Part shown: positions 44,125-53,367 of the stretch, piece by piece
Numbering within the stretch: the first letter of the stretch is position 1
How the letters are laid out: each line of letters begins with the position of its first letter
Assembly (NCBI GenBank): GCA_050249955.1
Contig: JBFWPN010000005.1
Span: forward strand, 331,739 to 395,738
Origin: Vicinamibacterales bacterium
Lineage (GTDB): Bacteria > Acidobacteriota > Vicinamibacteria > Vicinamibacterales > CAVVIG01
Direction of reading: 5' to 3'
DNA length: 64,000 nt
The notes under the pieces: generated by a model
Databases searched by the model: none
Seen by the model: only the letters and a program-made list of their open reading frames with translations
Told to the model about the DNA's origin: nothing
Translations under genes and position numbers: made by a program

Positions 44125-45186
44125 ATGAACAGAAAATCAAGTTTCTGGATCGGTAGCCTTGTCATTGCCGGACTCGTCGGTGTCGGCACCGCATCAGCGG
44201 ACGCCCAGACCACGACGCGCCGCACGACCACGAAGCGCGCGGCCGCCCCGGCCACGGCCCGCAAGAAGCCGGCAGCCGCGAAGCCTGTGCCGGCTCGACA
44301 GCGGGCGCTCATCGCGCGTGCGGCCGCGACGGCGCGCGAGATGGCCGACACGGTCACGCCCCGCTACAAGGTCGATGCGAGCGGCGACCTCGTGCCGGAC
44401 CTCCGCGCAGCGGCGGCCATCATCTACAACCCGGTCACCAACGAGGTGCTCTGGGAGGAGAACTCCCAGGATCAGCGCTCGATTGCCAGCATCACCAAGG
44501 TGATGACGGCAACGGTGTTCCTCGAGAACAGCCCCGACCTGACCGAGCGGGTCCAGATCGTCCGCAGCGACGTCTATCAGGCCTCGACGACCAAGCTTCG
44601 CCTGAACGACAAGGTCACGACCGACGACCTGTTGCACCTGCTGCTCATCGCGTCGGACAACGCGGCGGCGCGCGCGCTGGCTCGGGTCTCACCGCATGGT
44701 TCGATCGGTTTCATCCGCCGGATGAACGAGAAGGCGGCTGAACTGGGCCTCGAGAACACGCACTACGCCGACCCGTCGGGCCTGCTGTCCGACAACGTCT
44801 CGTCGGCGTTCGACATGGCGCGGCTCATCACCAACGCCTCGAACGACGAGCGGATCTCGTCGATCATGCGCATGTCGGAGTACACCATCAAGACGCCGCG
44901 CCGCCAGATCCTGGCGCGGAACACGAACCACCTGCTCGGCAGGCAGGACTTCGAGGTGCGCGCGGGCAAGACCGGGTTCATCTCGAAGGCGGGCTACTGC
45001 CTGGCCACGCTGCTGCGCCTGCCGCAGGGCGGACAGGAAGTGGCGGTGGTCGTGCTCGGCGCGCGCTCGAACGCCGCGCGGTTCATGGAAACCCGGAACC
45101 TCTTCAACTGGCTGTCGGCGAAGGCCACCACGGTCTTTGCCACCACCCGGCCGACCATCGGGCTCACCAACCAACAGCAGCAGTAG
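44125..45186 (+). CDS. Serine-type D-Ala-D-Ala carboxypeptidase/endopeptidase (peptidase S11, PBP5/PbpG-like)
   Basis: Signal peptide. SxxK (SIASITKVMTA), SxN (IASDNAAA) and KTG (AGKTGFISKAGYC). Confidence 0.8.
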   Translation: MNRKSSFWIGSLVIAGLVGVGTASADAQTTTRRTTTKRAAAPATARKKPAAAKPVPARQRALIARAAATAREMADTVTPRYKVDASGDLVPDLRAAAAIIYNPVTNEVLWEENSQDQRSIASITKVMTATVFLENSPDLTERVQIVRSDVYQASTTKLRLNDKVTTDDLLHLLLIASDNAAARALARVSPHGSIGFIRRMNEKAAELGLENTHYADPSGLLSDNVSSAFDMARLITNASNDERISSIMRMSEYTIKTPRRQILARNTNHLLGRQDFEVRAGKTGFISKAGYCLATLLRLPQGGQEVAVVVLGARSNAARFMETRNLFNWLSAKATTVFATTRPTIGLTNQQQQ

Positions 45187-45276
45187 TCACATCGCCATCG
45201 CCACGCAGGGCACGGGCCGCTCCCATTGCTGAGCCGCTCGTGCCCTTCGTGCGTACGGTCGCTCGCGCAGCGAGTG

Positions 45277-46143
45277 CTACCCGGCGTAGCCGCGCTGCTG
45301 CGCCGCGGCATCCAGTGGCAGCGTCGCAATCGAGTCCACCGACACCATCACCGGGCGGGTCTGGTTCCGGGCGTCGAACGCCTTCAGGTACCGCTTGCAG
45401 ACGTCGCAGGCGTAGACGCGGTACCGGCCGTCGCGAGTGGCGAACGACGTGACGAGCGACCGTTCGTCATTCGAGCAGTAGGGGCAGGTGTGCGCCCCGA
45501 AGCTCCACTGCGCGGTGCAGCGCCCGCAGATCAGCCGGCGGTCGCCAGCAGGAGTGACCACGGCGAAGTCGGGTTCCCAGCCGCACACGGGGCAGTGGCC
45601 GTGGTTCCATCGCGAGAAGTCGGGCCGCTGCACCAGGGCTTCCGCGCAGCGGGCGAGGAACGGCCGCAGGGCGAGCAGCAGCACGTGCTCGATCATCTCC
45701 GGTGCCCCGGCCGGCAGCCGCGGCGGTGGCGAGCCGCCTTCGACGCCGGAGGTGGCGACGAACCAGTTGGTGACGAGCGGCTCGAGGGCGTTGCCCTCGC
45801 GCGACAGGGCCAGCACGTATTCGTGGTCGGCCCGGTCGAGTGTCTGGAAGCGGTAGAGCACGTCGGCCGTCTGTCGCAGCGTCAGCCGGAAATCGCTCCA
45901 GTCGAGCGGGATGTCAGTGAAGTGGACCGCAGGCCGTCCGGCCTGCTGCTGCGTGGCGAGCCAAGCGGGATCCGGCTGGATGCGGGGCAGCGGGACGCGC
46001 GACTGGACGCGTCGCTGCACCTCGACGAGGGCCACCTGCATGTCGACCGCCTCGGCCAGTTCCGGGTGGCTGGCCTTCAGCTGCTTGAGTTCGACGATCT
46101 CACGGGGTTCGGCACGGGCGGGACGGGGCGGACGCTCGGACAC
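45277..46143 (-). CDS. FdhE-like protein (four CxxC rubredoxin-type pairs)
   Basis: GTG 46143 gives VSERPPRPARAEPREIVELKQLK... The C-terminus has HCPVCG...LICGRC...CPYC...YACDVCKRYLK, the FdhE cysteine pattern. The longer track ORF overlaps the glgA start on the other strand. Confidence 0.6.
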   Translation of the reverse strand: MSERPPRPARAEPREIVELKQLKASHPELAEAVDMQVALVEVQRRVQSRVPLPRIQPDPAWLATQQQAGRPAVHFTDIPLDWSDFRLTLRQTADVLYRFQTLDRADHEYVLALSREGNALEPLVTNWFVATSGVEGGSPPPRLPAGAPEMIEHVLLLALRPFLARCAEALVQRPDFSRWNHGHCPVCGWEPDFAVVTPAGDRRLICGRCTAQWSFGAHTCPYCSNDERSLVTSFATRDGRYRVYACDVCKRYLKAFDARNQTRPVMVSVDSIATLPLDAAAQQRGYAG

Positions 46144-46204
46144 GTCGCGATTGTAGCCTGTCGCGCCGGGTCGACGTGGGGCATTGCTACAATGGCAGGT
46201 CCCG

Positions 46205-47695
46205 ATGGCGCGCCAGACCTCCCCCTCCCGTTCCCCGCGTCGCTCCGTCCTGATGATCGGCTCAGAGGCGTTGCCGTTCTCGAAGACCGGCGGGTTGGCC
46301 GATGTGCTCGGCGCGTTGCCGCCGGCGCTCGCCCGACTGGGATGGGACGTCACGCTGTTCACGCCACGCTACCGCGGCATCGAGGCCGGGGAGTTCAGGG
46401 AAGAGTTCAGCCTCTCGGTCGGCGGGCAGGCGAGCACGGTGCGCCTGTTCGAGGCGTCGCTCGGCGACGGTGCGCGTGCGCTGCTCGTGGATGAACCGTC
46501 GCTCTACCATCGCGAGTTCTTCTACGGCGAGGGGAGTGCGGACTACGCCGACAACCCCCGGCGATTCGCCGTGCTCGCACGCGCGGCACTCGACTGGGCG
46601 TCGCGACAGGCCGAACCCACGTCGATCGTGCATGCGCACGACTGGCAGGCGGGGCTCGCCCCACTGTATCTCTGGACCCTGTACCGGGGCGGGCACGCGC
46701 TGGCGGACACCCGCACGGTCTTCACCATCCACAATCTGGCGTACCAGGGGCGCTATGCCGCGTCCTGGATGCCACTGCTGGACCTGCCCTGGTCGCTGTA
46801 CACCCACCAGCAGCTCGAGTTCTGGAACTCGCTCAGCTTCCTCAAGGCGGGCGTGGTGAACGCGGACTTCGTGTCGACGGTCAGCCCGACCTACGCGCGC
46901 GAGATCCAGACAGCTGAAGGGGGCGTCGGCTTCGACGGCATCCTGCGCGCACGCGCGGACAGCCTGGTCGGCATCCTCAACGGCATCGACGCAGGGCAGT
47001 GGAATCCCGAGACGGACCCGTTCCTGCCGCAGCCCTTCGGCGTGAACGACCTCTCCGGCAAGCGCGCCGCGAAGGCCGCCGTACTCGCACGCTACGGCCT
47101 GCCCACCGACGATGCGGCGATGCATCGTCCGCTCATCGGGATGATCTCGCGCATGGTGGACCAGAAGGGGCTCGATCTCATCGCGCGCATCACCCACGAA
47201 CTGCCGCACCTGGGAGCCACGTTCGTCATCCTCGGCACGGGTGAGCACCGCTACCAGGACATGTGGCGGTGGCTGGCCTCGCAGCACCCGCACACGATCG
47301 GTGCGCGCATCGGGTTCGACGAGGGGCTGGCGCACCTGATCGAGGGGGGCGCTGACATGTTCATGATGCCTTCGCTCTTCGAACCGTGCGGGCTGAACCA
47401 GATGTACAGCCTCCGCTACGGCACCGTGCCCGTGGTCCGCCGCACCGGCGGACTCGCCGACACGGTGCAGGACTACTGGCCCGGCCGGTTCGACGCCACC
47501 GGCTTCGTCTTCGACGACTACACCGAGTGGACCCTGCTGAACACGCTGAAGCGCGCCATCTGGGTGTATTGGGACAATAAAGACGCCTGGCGCGCGCTGC
47601 AGGTCAACGGCATGCAGCAGGACCTTTCGTGGGACCGTTCCGCACGTGAGTACGTCAAAATGTACGAACACGCGATTTCGAGGGGGAGAGCTTAA
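46205..47695 (+). CDS. glgA: Glycogen (starch) synthase, ADP-glucose type
   Basis: VLMIGSEALPFSKTGGLADVLGALPPALARLGWDV, HAHDWQAGL, MMPSLFEPCGLNQMYSLRYGTVPVVRRTGGLADTV. Confidence 0.9.
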   Translation: MARQTSPSRSPRRSVLMIGSEALPFSKTGGLADVLGALPPALARLGWDVTLFTPRYRGIEAGEFREEFSLSVGGQASTVRLFEASLGDGARALLVDEPSLYHREFFYGEGSADYADNPRRFAVLARAALDWASRQAEPTSIVHAHDWQAGLAPLYLWTLYRGGHALADTRTVFTIHNLAYQGRYAASWMPLLDLPWSLYTHQQLEFWNSLSFLKAGVVNADFVSTVSPTYAREIQTAEGGVGFDGILRARADSLVGILNGIDAGQWNPETDPFLPQPFGVNDLSGKRAAKAAVLARYGLPTDDAAMHRPLIGMISRMVDQKGLDLIARITHELPHLGATFVILGTGEHRYQDMWRWLASQHPHTIGARIGFDEGLAHLIEGGADMFMMPSLFEPCGLNQMYSLRYGTVPVVRRTGGLADTVQDYWPGRFDATGFVFDDYTEWTLLNTLKRAIWVYWDNKDAWRALQVNGMQQDLSWDRSAREYVKMYEHAISRGRA

Positions 47696-48024
47696 TGGCA
47701 GCCGAGAACGTGCAGACTTTTACGGACAGCAACTTCGACCAGTCGGTGCTCCAGAGCGGACAGCCGGTCCTGGTGGACTTCTGGGCGGAGTGGTGCGGCC
47801 CCTGCAAGCGCCTCGGTCCCACAATCGATCAGCTCGCCGCGGAGTACGCCGGCAAGGTCACGATCGGCAAGCTCAATGTCGACGAGAACCCCAACACGGC
47901 CATCAAGTTCCAGATCCGCGGCATCCCTGCCGTGATGCTCTTCAAGGGCGGGCAGATCGTCGAGTCGGTCATCGGTCTGGCCCCGAAGGAAGAGTTCAAG
48001 AAAGCCATCGACAAGCACATCTGA
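47695..48024 (+). CDS. trxA: Thioredoxin
   Basis: 109 aa. VLVDFWAEWCGPCK active site. TAATG overlap with the glgA stop. Confidence 0.95.
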   Translation: MAAENVQTFTDSNFDQSVLQSGQPVLVDFWAEWCGPCKRLGPTIDQLAAEYAGKVTIGKLNVDENPNTAIKFQIRGIPAVMLFKGGQIVESVIGLAPKEEFKKAIDKHI

Positions 48025-48968
48025 TGAGCACCCGTAACGTCATCATCATCGGGTCCGGTCCTGCCGGGCTCACGGCCGCGTTGTACACCGCCCGCGCGAA
48101 CCTCCAGCCGCTCGTCATCGAGGGGCTCGAGGCGGGCGGTCAGCTCATGATGACCACGCTGGTCGAGAACTGGCCTGGTCACCGCGACGGCATCATGGGG
48201 CCCGACCTGATGGGCGAAATGCGGGCGCAGGCGGAGAAGTTCGGCGCCGAGATCATCCAGAACTACGTGACGGCGGTGGACTGCACGCCAGGCGCGCCGT
48301 TCACCGTGACGACCGCTGACGCCACCTACAAGACGCGCGCACTCATCATTGCCACCGGTGCGTCGGCACGGCTCCTCGGGCTGCCTTCCGAGCGGTCGCT
48401 CATGGGCAAGGGTGTCTCCACTTGCGCCACCTGCGACGGCTACTTCTTCCGTGGCCTCGAGATCGCGGTGGTCGGCGGCGGTGACTCGGCGATGGAGGAG
48501 GCGAACTTCCTCACCAAGTTCGCCAGCAAGGTCACGCTGATCCATCGTCGTGACACGTTCCGCGCCTCGAAGATCATGATCGACAAGGTGAAGGCCAACC
48601 CGAAGATCGAGATCCTCACCAACCACGTGGTCGACGAGATCAAGGACACCGGCAAGGGCGAGGTCACCGGCATCGTCGTGCGCGACGTGAATGGCGGAGC
48701 GACACGGGAGATCCCGCTGGCGGGGGTGTTCGTGGCGATCGGCCACACGCCGAACACGTCGCTCTTCAAGGGCACCCTGGAACTCGACGCGAACGGCTAC
48801 ATCGTGACGCGCGACGGTTCGAAGACCAACATCCCCGGCGTCTTCGCCTGTGGTGATGTGCAGGACCACACCTATCGGCAGGCGATTACCGCCGCCGGTT
48901 CGGGCTGCATGGCTGCCCTCGACGCCGAGCACTACCTCGAAGGTGTCCCGGAGCATCTCCACACGTAA
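48024..48968 (+). CDS. trxB: Thioredoxin-disulfide reductase
   Basis: ATG 48024 (TGATG overlap with the trxA stop). MSTRNVIIIGSGPAGLTAALY, redox-active CATCDG, VVGGGDSAMEEA, FACGDV. Confidence 0.9.
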   Translation: MSTRNVIIIGSGPAGLTAALYTARANLQPLVIEGLEAGGQLMMTTLVENWPGHRDGIMGPDLMGEMRAQAEKFGAEIIQNYVTAVDCTPGAPFTVTTADATYKTRALIIATGASARLLGLPSERSLMGKGVSTCATCDGYFFRGLEIAVVGGGDSAMEEANFLTKFASKVTLIHRRDTFRASKIMIDKVKANPKIEILTNHVVDEIKDTGKGEVTGIVVRDVNGGATREIPLAGVFVAIGHTPNTSLFKGTLELDANGYIVTRDGSKTNIPGVFACGDVQDHTYRQAITAAGSGCMAALDAEHYLEGVPEHLHT

Positions 48969-49040
48969 GAGAGCGGAATGGCCGGGAGGGCCTGGACTGG
49001 CGGGAGCCATTCTCCTGACGCTCCAGGCCGTCCGTGCCGC

Positions 49041-49634
49041 CTAGCGCTCCCGCCCGAGTTCCCACTCCAGGTGCGCACGCACCGTGGGCCACTCACCCTC
49101 GATGATGCTGTAGACGACCGTGTCCCGCAGCGTCCCGTTCGGCATCCGCATGTGGTTGCGGAGGATGCCGTCCTGCTTCGCCCCCAGTCGTTCGATGGCG
49201 CGACGGCTTCGCGTGTTCAGGATGTGCGTGCGGAACTCGACCGCCACGCAGCCGAGTGTCTCGAAGGCATGCTGCAGCAGGAGCAGCTTGCACTGGGTGT
49301 TCAGGCCGGTCCGCTGGACGCGGCTCGCGTACCAGGTGGAGCCGATCTCGACGCGATGGGTGACCGCGTCGACGTTCATGTACGTGGTCATGCCCACCGG
49401 AGCGCCCGAGGCATCGAGCACGGTGAACGGCAGCATGGAACCAGCAGCCTGCAGTCCCAGGCGCCGCTCGATCTCCGCAGCCATGTGCCCGGGAGCCGGG
49501 ACGGTGGTGTACCAGAGTCGCCACAACTCGCCGTCGCGGGCTGCGTCGGCGAGGGCCGGGGCATGATCGCGGGAGAGCGGAATCAGGGTGGCGTGCGTGC
49601 CAGGAAGCGTGACGGGTGTGAGCGAGAGGGCCAT
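49041..49634 (-). CDS. GNAT-family N-acetyltransferase (RimJ/RimL-like)
   Basis: 197 aa. IGSTWYASRVQRTGLNTQCKLLLLQHAFETLGCVAVEFRTHILNTRSRRAIERLGAKQDGILRNH is a typical Acetyltransf_3 core. Confidence 0.75.
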   Translation of the reverse strand: MALSLTPVTLPGTHATLIPLSRDHAPALADAARDGELWRLWYTTVPAPGHMAAEIERRLGLQAAGSMLPFTVLDASGAPVGMTTYMNVDAVTHRVEIGSTWYASRVQRTGLNTQCKLLLLQHAFETLGCVAVEFRTHILNTRSRRAIERLGAKQDGILRNHMRMPNGTLRDTVVYSIIEGEWPTVRAHLEWELGRER

Positions 49635-49655
49635 CGCCCGTAGCTTACAGCGGCC

Positions 49656-50723
49656 CTACCCGATCCACCCACCACCGAGCACGACGTCGTCGTCGTAGAA
49701 GACCACGGCCTGCCCGGGCGTGATGGCCACCTGCGGCGCATCGAACACGACCTCCGCGCGATCGTCGGCCAGTGGGGTGACCGTGGCGGCCGCCGCCTGA
49801 TGGCGATGACGGATCTGTGCGGTTGCGCGAACCGGGGCGTCTGGCGCGCCGAGAATCCAGTTCACGCCAGACGCCGTAAGTGCGGTCCGTTCGAGCGCCG
49901 TTCGCGGACCGACCACAACCTGGTTGTCCACGGGGCGGAGCGCCACCACATAGCTCGGGCTGCCGTCGGGCGAGGCGATGCCGAGCCCCTTGCGCTGGCC
50001 CACCGTGAACCGGTGGATGCCGTCGTGCGTGCCAAGGGCGCGCCCCTGCTGGTCCACGATGGTCCCGTGGGCGACGACGCCAGGTGCCTGCCGGCCGACG
50101 AAGGCCGCATAGTCATCGTCGGGCACGAAGCAGATCTCCTGGCTGTCGGGCTTGTCGGCAACCGGCAGGTTGAACCGACGGGCGTACTCGCGAACGATCT
50201 CCTTCGAGACGTCGCCAACCGGGAAGCGCGCCTGCGCGAGCTGCTCCTGCGTCAGGGAGAAGAGGAAGTAGGCCTGGTCCTTGGCCCGATCGACACCACG
50301 CAGAAGGCGCACCTGTCCCGTCCGGGGATCGCGATCGAGCCGTGCGTAATGGCCGGTGGCGATGGCGTCGGCTCCGAAGCCGGCCGCGCGCTCCGCGAGC
50401 GTGGCGAACTTCAGGTCGCTGTTGCAGCGGGCACAGGGGATTGGCGTGCGGCCCGCCGCGTACTCCTGCACGAAGTTCGAGACGACCTGCTCGTGGAACT
50501 CGCGCTCGAAGTTCAGGATGTAGTGCGGGATGCCGATCGCGTGGGCGACGCGTCGGGCATCATGGAGGTCGTCGAGCGAGCAGCAGCTCCCGAACGTGGC
50601 CTGCCCCTCACTCTGGTCGTAGAGCTGCATCGACAGCCCGACCACCTCGTGCCCCTGCTCGGCGAGCAGGGCGGCCGCCACCGAGGAGTCGACGCCGCCC
50701 GACATCGCCACGACGATCTTCAT
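49656..50723 (-). CDS. mnmA: tRNA 2-thiouridine(34) synthase MnmA
   Basis: MKIVVAMSGGVDSSVAAALL (PP-loop), GRTPIPCARCNSDLKF, ATGHYAR. Confidence 0.9.
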   Translation of the reverse strand: MKIVVAMSGGVDSSVAAALLAEQGHEVVGLSMQLYDQSEGQATFGSCCSLDDLHDARRVAHAIGIPHYILNFEREFHEQVVSNFVQEYAAGRTPIPCARCNSDLKFATLAERAAGFGADAIATGHYARLDRDPRTGQVRLLRGVDRAKDQAYFLFSLTQEQLAQARFPVGDVSKEIVREYARRFNLPVADKPDSQEICFVPDDDYAAFVGRQAPGVVAHGTIVDQQGRALGTHDGIHRFTVGQRKGLGIASPDGSPSYVVALRPVDNQVVVGPRTALERTALTASGVNWILGAPDAPVRATAQIRHRHQAAAATVTPLADDRAEVVFDAPQVAITPGQAVVFYDDDVVLGGGWIG

Positions 50724-50727
50724 GGCG

Positions 50728-51894
50728 TTAGCGTCCGGCCCCGGCCCGCGCGGTGAGGCCGCGAAGCTTGGTGACGAGCCGCGGGAGGGTCGCGATGACG
50801 CGGTCCACCTCTTCGTCAGTCGAATAGAGCCCGAGGCTGAAGCGGAGCGAGTTCTGGGTGCGGTGGACGGGGAGGCCCATGGCCTTCAGCACGTGCGAAG
50901 GCTCGAGGGTGCCAGACGAGCAGGCGGACCCGGTCGACACCGCAATCCCCTCGAGGTCCAGTGCGATCAGGAGGCTCTCGGCTTCGATCCGGTCGAAGCT
51001 GATGTTGGTGGTGTTCGGCACCCGGGCCGCCAGTGCCCCATTGACCGCCGTGCCCGGGACCGCGGCCAGGATGCCGGCCTCGAGCCGGTCCCGAAGGGCA
51101 GCGAGCCGGACCGCCTCGGGACCGATCTTCTGAGCTGCCTGCCGCGCAGCCACGCCCATGCCGGCAATGGCGGGCGTATTCTCGGTACCCGCCCGCCGGT
51201 TCCGCTCGTGCTTGCCGCCCGTCAGGATCGGCTGAAGGCGCGTGCCGCGCTTGACGTAGAGGATCCCGGCCCCCTTCGGGCCGTTGAACTTGTGCGCGGA
51301 GAGCGAGAGAAGGTCGACGCCCAGCGCCTTCACGTCGATCGGGATCTTGCCGGCCGACTGCACGGCATCGGTGTGCACGAGGGCGCCGCGCGCATGGGCC
51401 AGTGCCGCAATTTCGGCGACCGGCTGGATGGTGCCAATCTCGTTGTTCGCATGCATGACCGAGACGAGTGCCGTGTCGTCGGCCAGCGCTTCGGCCACGC
51501 GGTCCGGGGACACGATGCCGCTCTGGTCGACCGGCACCAGCGTCGTCCGCCACCCACGCCGCGCGAGCGCCTTGAAGGTGTTGAGCACTGCTTCGTGCTC
51601 GATGGCCGTGGCAACGAGGTGCTTGCGGCCGGTGGCCTCGAGGGCGTCGGCCACCCCTCGGATGGCGAAGTTGTCCGACTCGGTCCCGCCCGCCGTGAAG
51701 ACGATCTCCGAGGGATCGGCGGCCACGAGCGCCGCCAGCGCGGAGCGCGCCTCATCGAGCGATGCCTTCGCCTGTTGGCCGAAATGATGCACGCTGGACG
51801 GGTTGCCAAAGAGGTCCCGTGTGGCGGACGCTACGCGTTCAACGACTTCCGGTGACGGCGGCGTTGTGGCGTTGTAGTCGAAGTAGACACGCAT
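50728..51894 (-). CDS. Cysteine desulfurase (NifS/IscS class I)
   Basis: YFDYNATTP, SLSAHKFNGPKGAG (PLP lysine) and STGSACSSGTLEPSHVL (active-site Cys loop). Directly upstream of mnmA. Confidence 0.9.
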   Translation of the reverse strand: MRVYFDYNATTPPSPEVVERVASATRDLFGNPSSVHHFGQQAKASLDEARSALAALVAADPSEIVFTAGGTESDNFAIRGVADALEATGRKHLVATAIEHEAVLNTFKALARRGWRTTLVPVDQSGIVSPDRVAEALADDTALVSVMHANNEIGTIQPVAEIAALAHARGALVHTDAVQSAGKIPIDVKALGVDLLSLSAHKFNGPKGAGILYVKRGTRLQPILTGGKHERNRRAGTENTPAIAGMGVAARQAAQKIGPEAVRLAALRDRLEAGILAAVPGTAVNGALAARVPNTTNISFDRIEAESLLIALDLEGIAVSTGSACSSGTLEPSHVLKAMGLPVHRTQNSLRFSLGLYSTDEEVDRVIATLPRLVTKLRGLTARAGAGR

Positions 51895-51944
51895 CGTGAA
51901 TCCTTCATTCTAGCATTCACGCTAAATGTAGGCAGCAAAAGGAC

Positions 51945-51974
51945 TAGACAGCCGTTTTTCGAGGGTCCTATACT
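51945..51974 (+). promoter_or_regulatory. Candidate sigma70-type promoter for the bactofilin gene: TAGACA-N18-TATACT
   Basis: Read directly in the relatively AT-rich divergent intergenic region. An inverted repeat GTGAAT...ATTCAC lies just upstream (about 51896-51920). Confidence 0.3.
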
Positions 51975-52043
51975 GGCCGCTCCGCTGACGATCCTCGCGG
52001 CTGAGGCAGAGCCCTGGCCCCCGGTCAGGTGGAGGTTTGAACC

Positions 52044-52550
52044 ATGTGGAAACGCGATGAAGCGGTCCGCCCCCCGAGCGGACAACCTGCGGCGCAGCCG
52101 CAACCGGCCACGGCCGGCACACCCAACAGGCCCGAAACGAGCCCAAACTTCGAGAGGGACATCGTGAACATCGGCAAGTCGGTCATCATCAAGGGCGAGC
52201 TCAGCGGCAGCGAGGATCTCACCATCGAGGGGCAGGTCGAGGGCACGATTCAGTTGAAGGACAACGTGCTCACGATCGGGCCGAACGGCAAGATCAAGGC
52301 CCAGGTCTTTGCGAAAGCCGTGATCGTACTCGGTGAGGTCACCGGCAACGTCAGCGCCTCCGAGAAGGTGGACATCCGCGACAACGGCTCGGTCGACGGC
52401 GACATCGTCTCGCCGCGCGTGGCCATCGCGGAAGGCGCACACTTCCGCGGCAGCGTCGACATGCAGCGCAAGGCGGCGCCGGCGGCTCCGCCCAAGCCTG
52501 CGACCACCGCCGCGAGCCCGACCACGGTCGGCGCCGGCGCCAAGGCCTGA
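52044..52550 (+). CDS. Bactofilin (polymer-forming cytoskeletal protein, DUF583)
   Basis: GGAGG lies 8 nt upstream. The core IGKSVIIKGELSGSEDLTIEGQVEGTIQLKDNVLTIGPNGKIKAQVFAKAVIVLGEVTGNVSASEKVDIRDNGSVDGDIVSPRVAIAEGAHFRGSV is the beta-helical bactofilin repeat, flanked by Pro/Ala-rich tails. Confidence 0.85.
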   Translation: MWKRDEAVRPPSGQPAAQPQPATAGTPNRPETSPNFERDIVNIGKSVIIKGELSGSEDLTIEGQVEGTIQLKDNVLTIGPNGKIKAQVFAKAVIVLGEVTGNVSASEKVDIRDNGSVDGDIVSPRVAIAEGAHFRGSVDMQRKAAPAAPPKPATTAASPTTVGAGAKA

Positions 52551-52560
52551 GGTCCCGTGG

Positions 52561-52600
52561 GGGAAAAGGCGGCGGACTCCACGTTTCGTCGCCTTTTCCC
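52561..52600 (+). terminator. Stem-loop after the bactofilin gene (GGGAAAAGGCGGCG ... CGTCGCCTTTTCCC)
   Basis: 11 perfect bp plus 3 further pairs (one G-U) and a 12-nt loop. It starts 11 nt after the stop. The following T-tract is weak. Confidence 0.45.
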
Positions 52601-52693
52601 TTCCGCTCGTATCCGTTCCGCCGTATCGTCAGGTCAGCGTTCCCGCATCCACCCAGGTTCTGACTTCTGAGTTCTGACTTCCAAGTTTCTCCA

Positions 52694-53356
52694 GTGGGTT
52701 TCCTCGATCGCCTGACGCCACGCCGGCCGGTTTCCGAGCAGGCAGACCCGCAGCCCGGGTCGCGCGTGGATGAGCCCGTCTTCTCGACGAAGGCGCTCCG
52801 CAAATTCCTCGGCGCCCTCTCCGCCAAGGAGGAGTCGCCCACGCTGATGGACCTGGCCCCGGTCGTGGGCAGCAACCTGAACTTCTTCGGCGAGCATCTC
52901 GGCTGCAAGGTGGTCATCGAGGATGTGTATGCCGACCTCGAACGGTTCGCACGGGATCAGAAGCTGGCCGACCTGCCAGCGTTTCTCAGCACACGATTCA
53001 GACAGCCCGATGCGTCGGTCGACGGCATCATCTGCTGGGACCTGATGGACTACCTGGATCGTCCGGCGGCCCAGGCGCTGGCCGACCAGCTCACGCGCGT
53101 ACTCAAGCCCGAGGGGTCGCTCCTGGCGTTCTTCGGCACAGCCGCCCCGCGCGACACGCACTACACGCGCTACATCATCGTGGACGACGTGAACCTGAAA
53201 CACCGGCCGTACCCGGCGTCGCGCGGGCGCCAGGCGACGCTCGCGAACCGCGACATCATCCGCCTGTTCGATGGGTTGCGGGTCTCCGACTCGTTCCTGC
53301 TGCAGAACAACCTGCGCGAGATCCTGTTCCGCAAGCCAGCCTACGAAACCCGCTGA
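52694..53356 (+). CDS. Class I methyltransferase-fold protein with an atypical glycine-loop motif
   Basis: GTG 52694. DGIICWDLMDYLDRPAAQALADQLTRVLKPEGSLLAFF is a typical MTase post-II/III region. Motif I reads LMDLAPVVGSN instead of the DxGxGxG pattern. Confidence 0.6.
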   Translation: MGFLDRLTPRRPVSEQADPQPGSRVDEPVFSTKALRKFLGALSAKEESPTLMDLAPVVGSNLNFFGEHLGCKVVIEDVYADLERFARDQKLADLPAFLSTRFRQPDASVDGIICWDLMDYLDRPAAQALADQLTRVLKPEGSLLAFFGTAAPRDTHYTRYIIVDDVNLKHRPYPASRGRQATLANRDIIRLFDGLRVSDSFLLQNNLREILFRKPAYETR

Positions 53357-53367
53357 CTCCCGCCGCG

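Noticed and set aside
48976-49012. Bidirectional terminator between trxB and the GNAT gene (GAATGGC...GCCATTC)
   Set aside because: The stem is only 7 bp, the loop is 23 nt and there is no U-tract, so it is too weak to call.
49041-49634. GNAT toxin of a GNAT/RHH toxin-antitoxin pair
   Set aside because: No small antitoxin ORF is adjacent (a 21-nt gap to mnmA, convergent with trxB). The sequence looks like a RimJ/RimL-type acetyltransferase.
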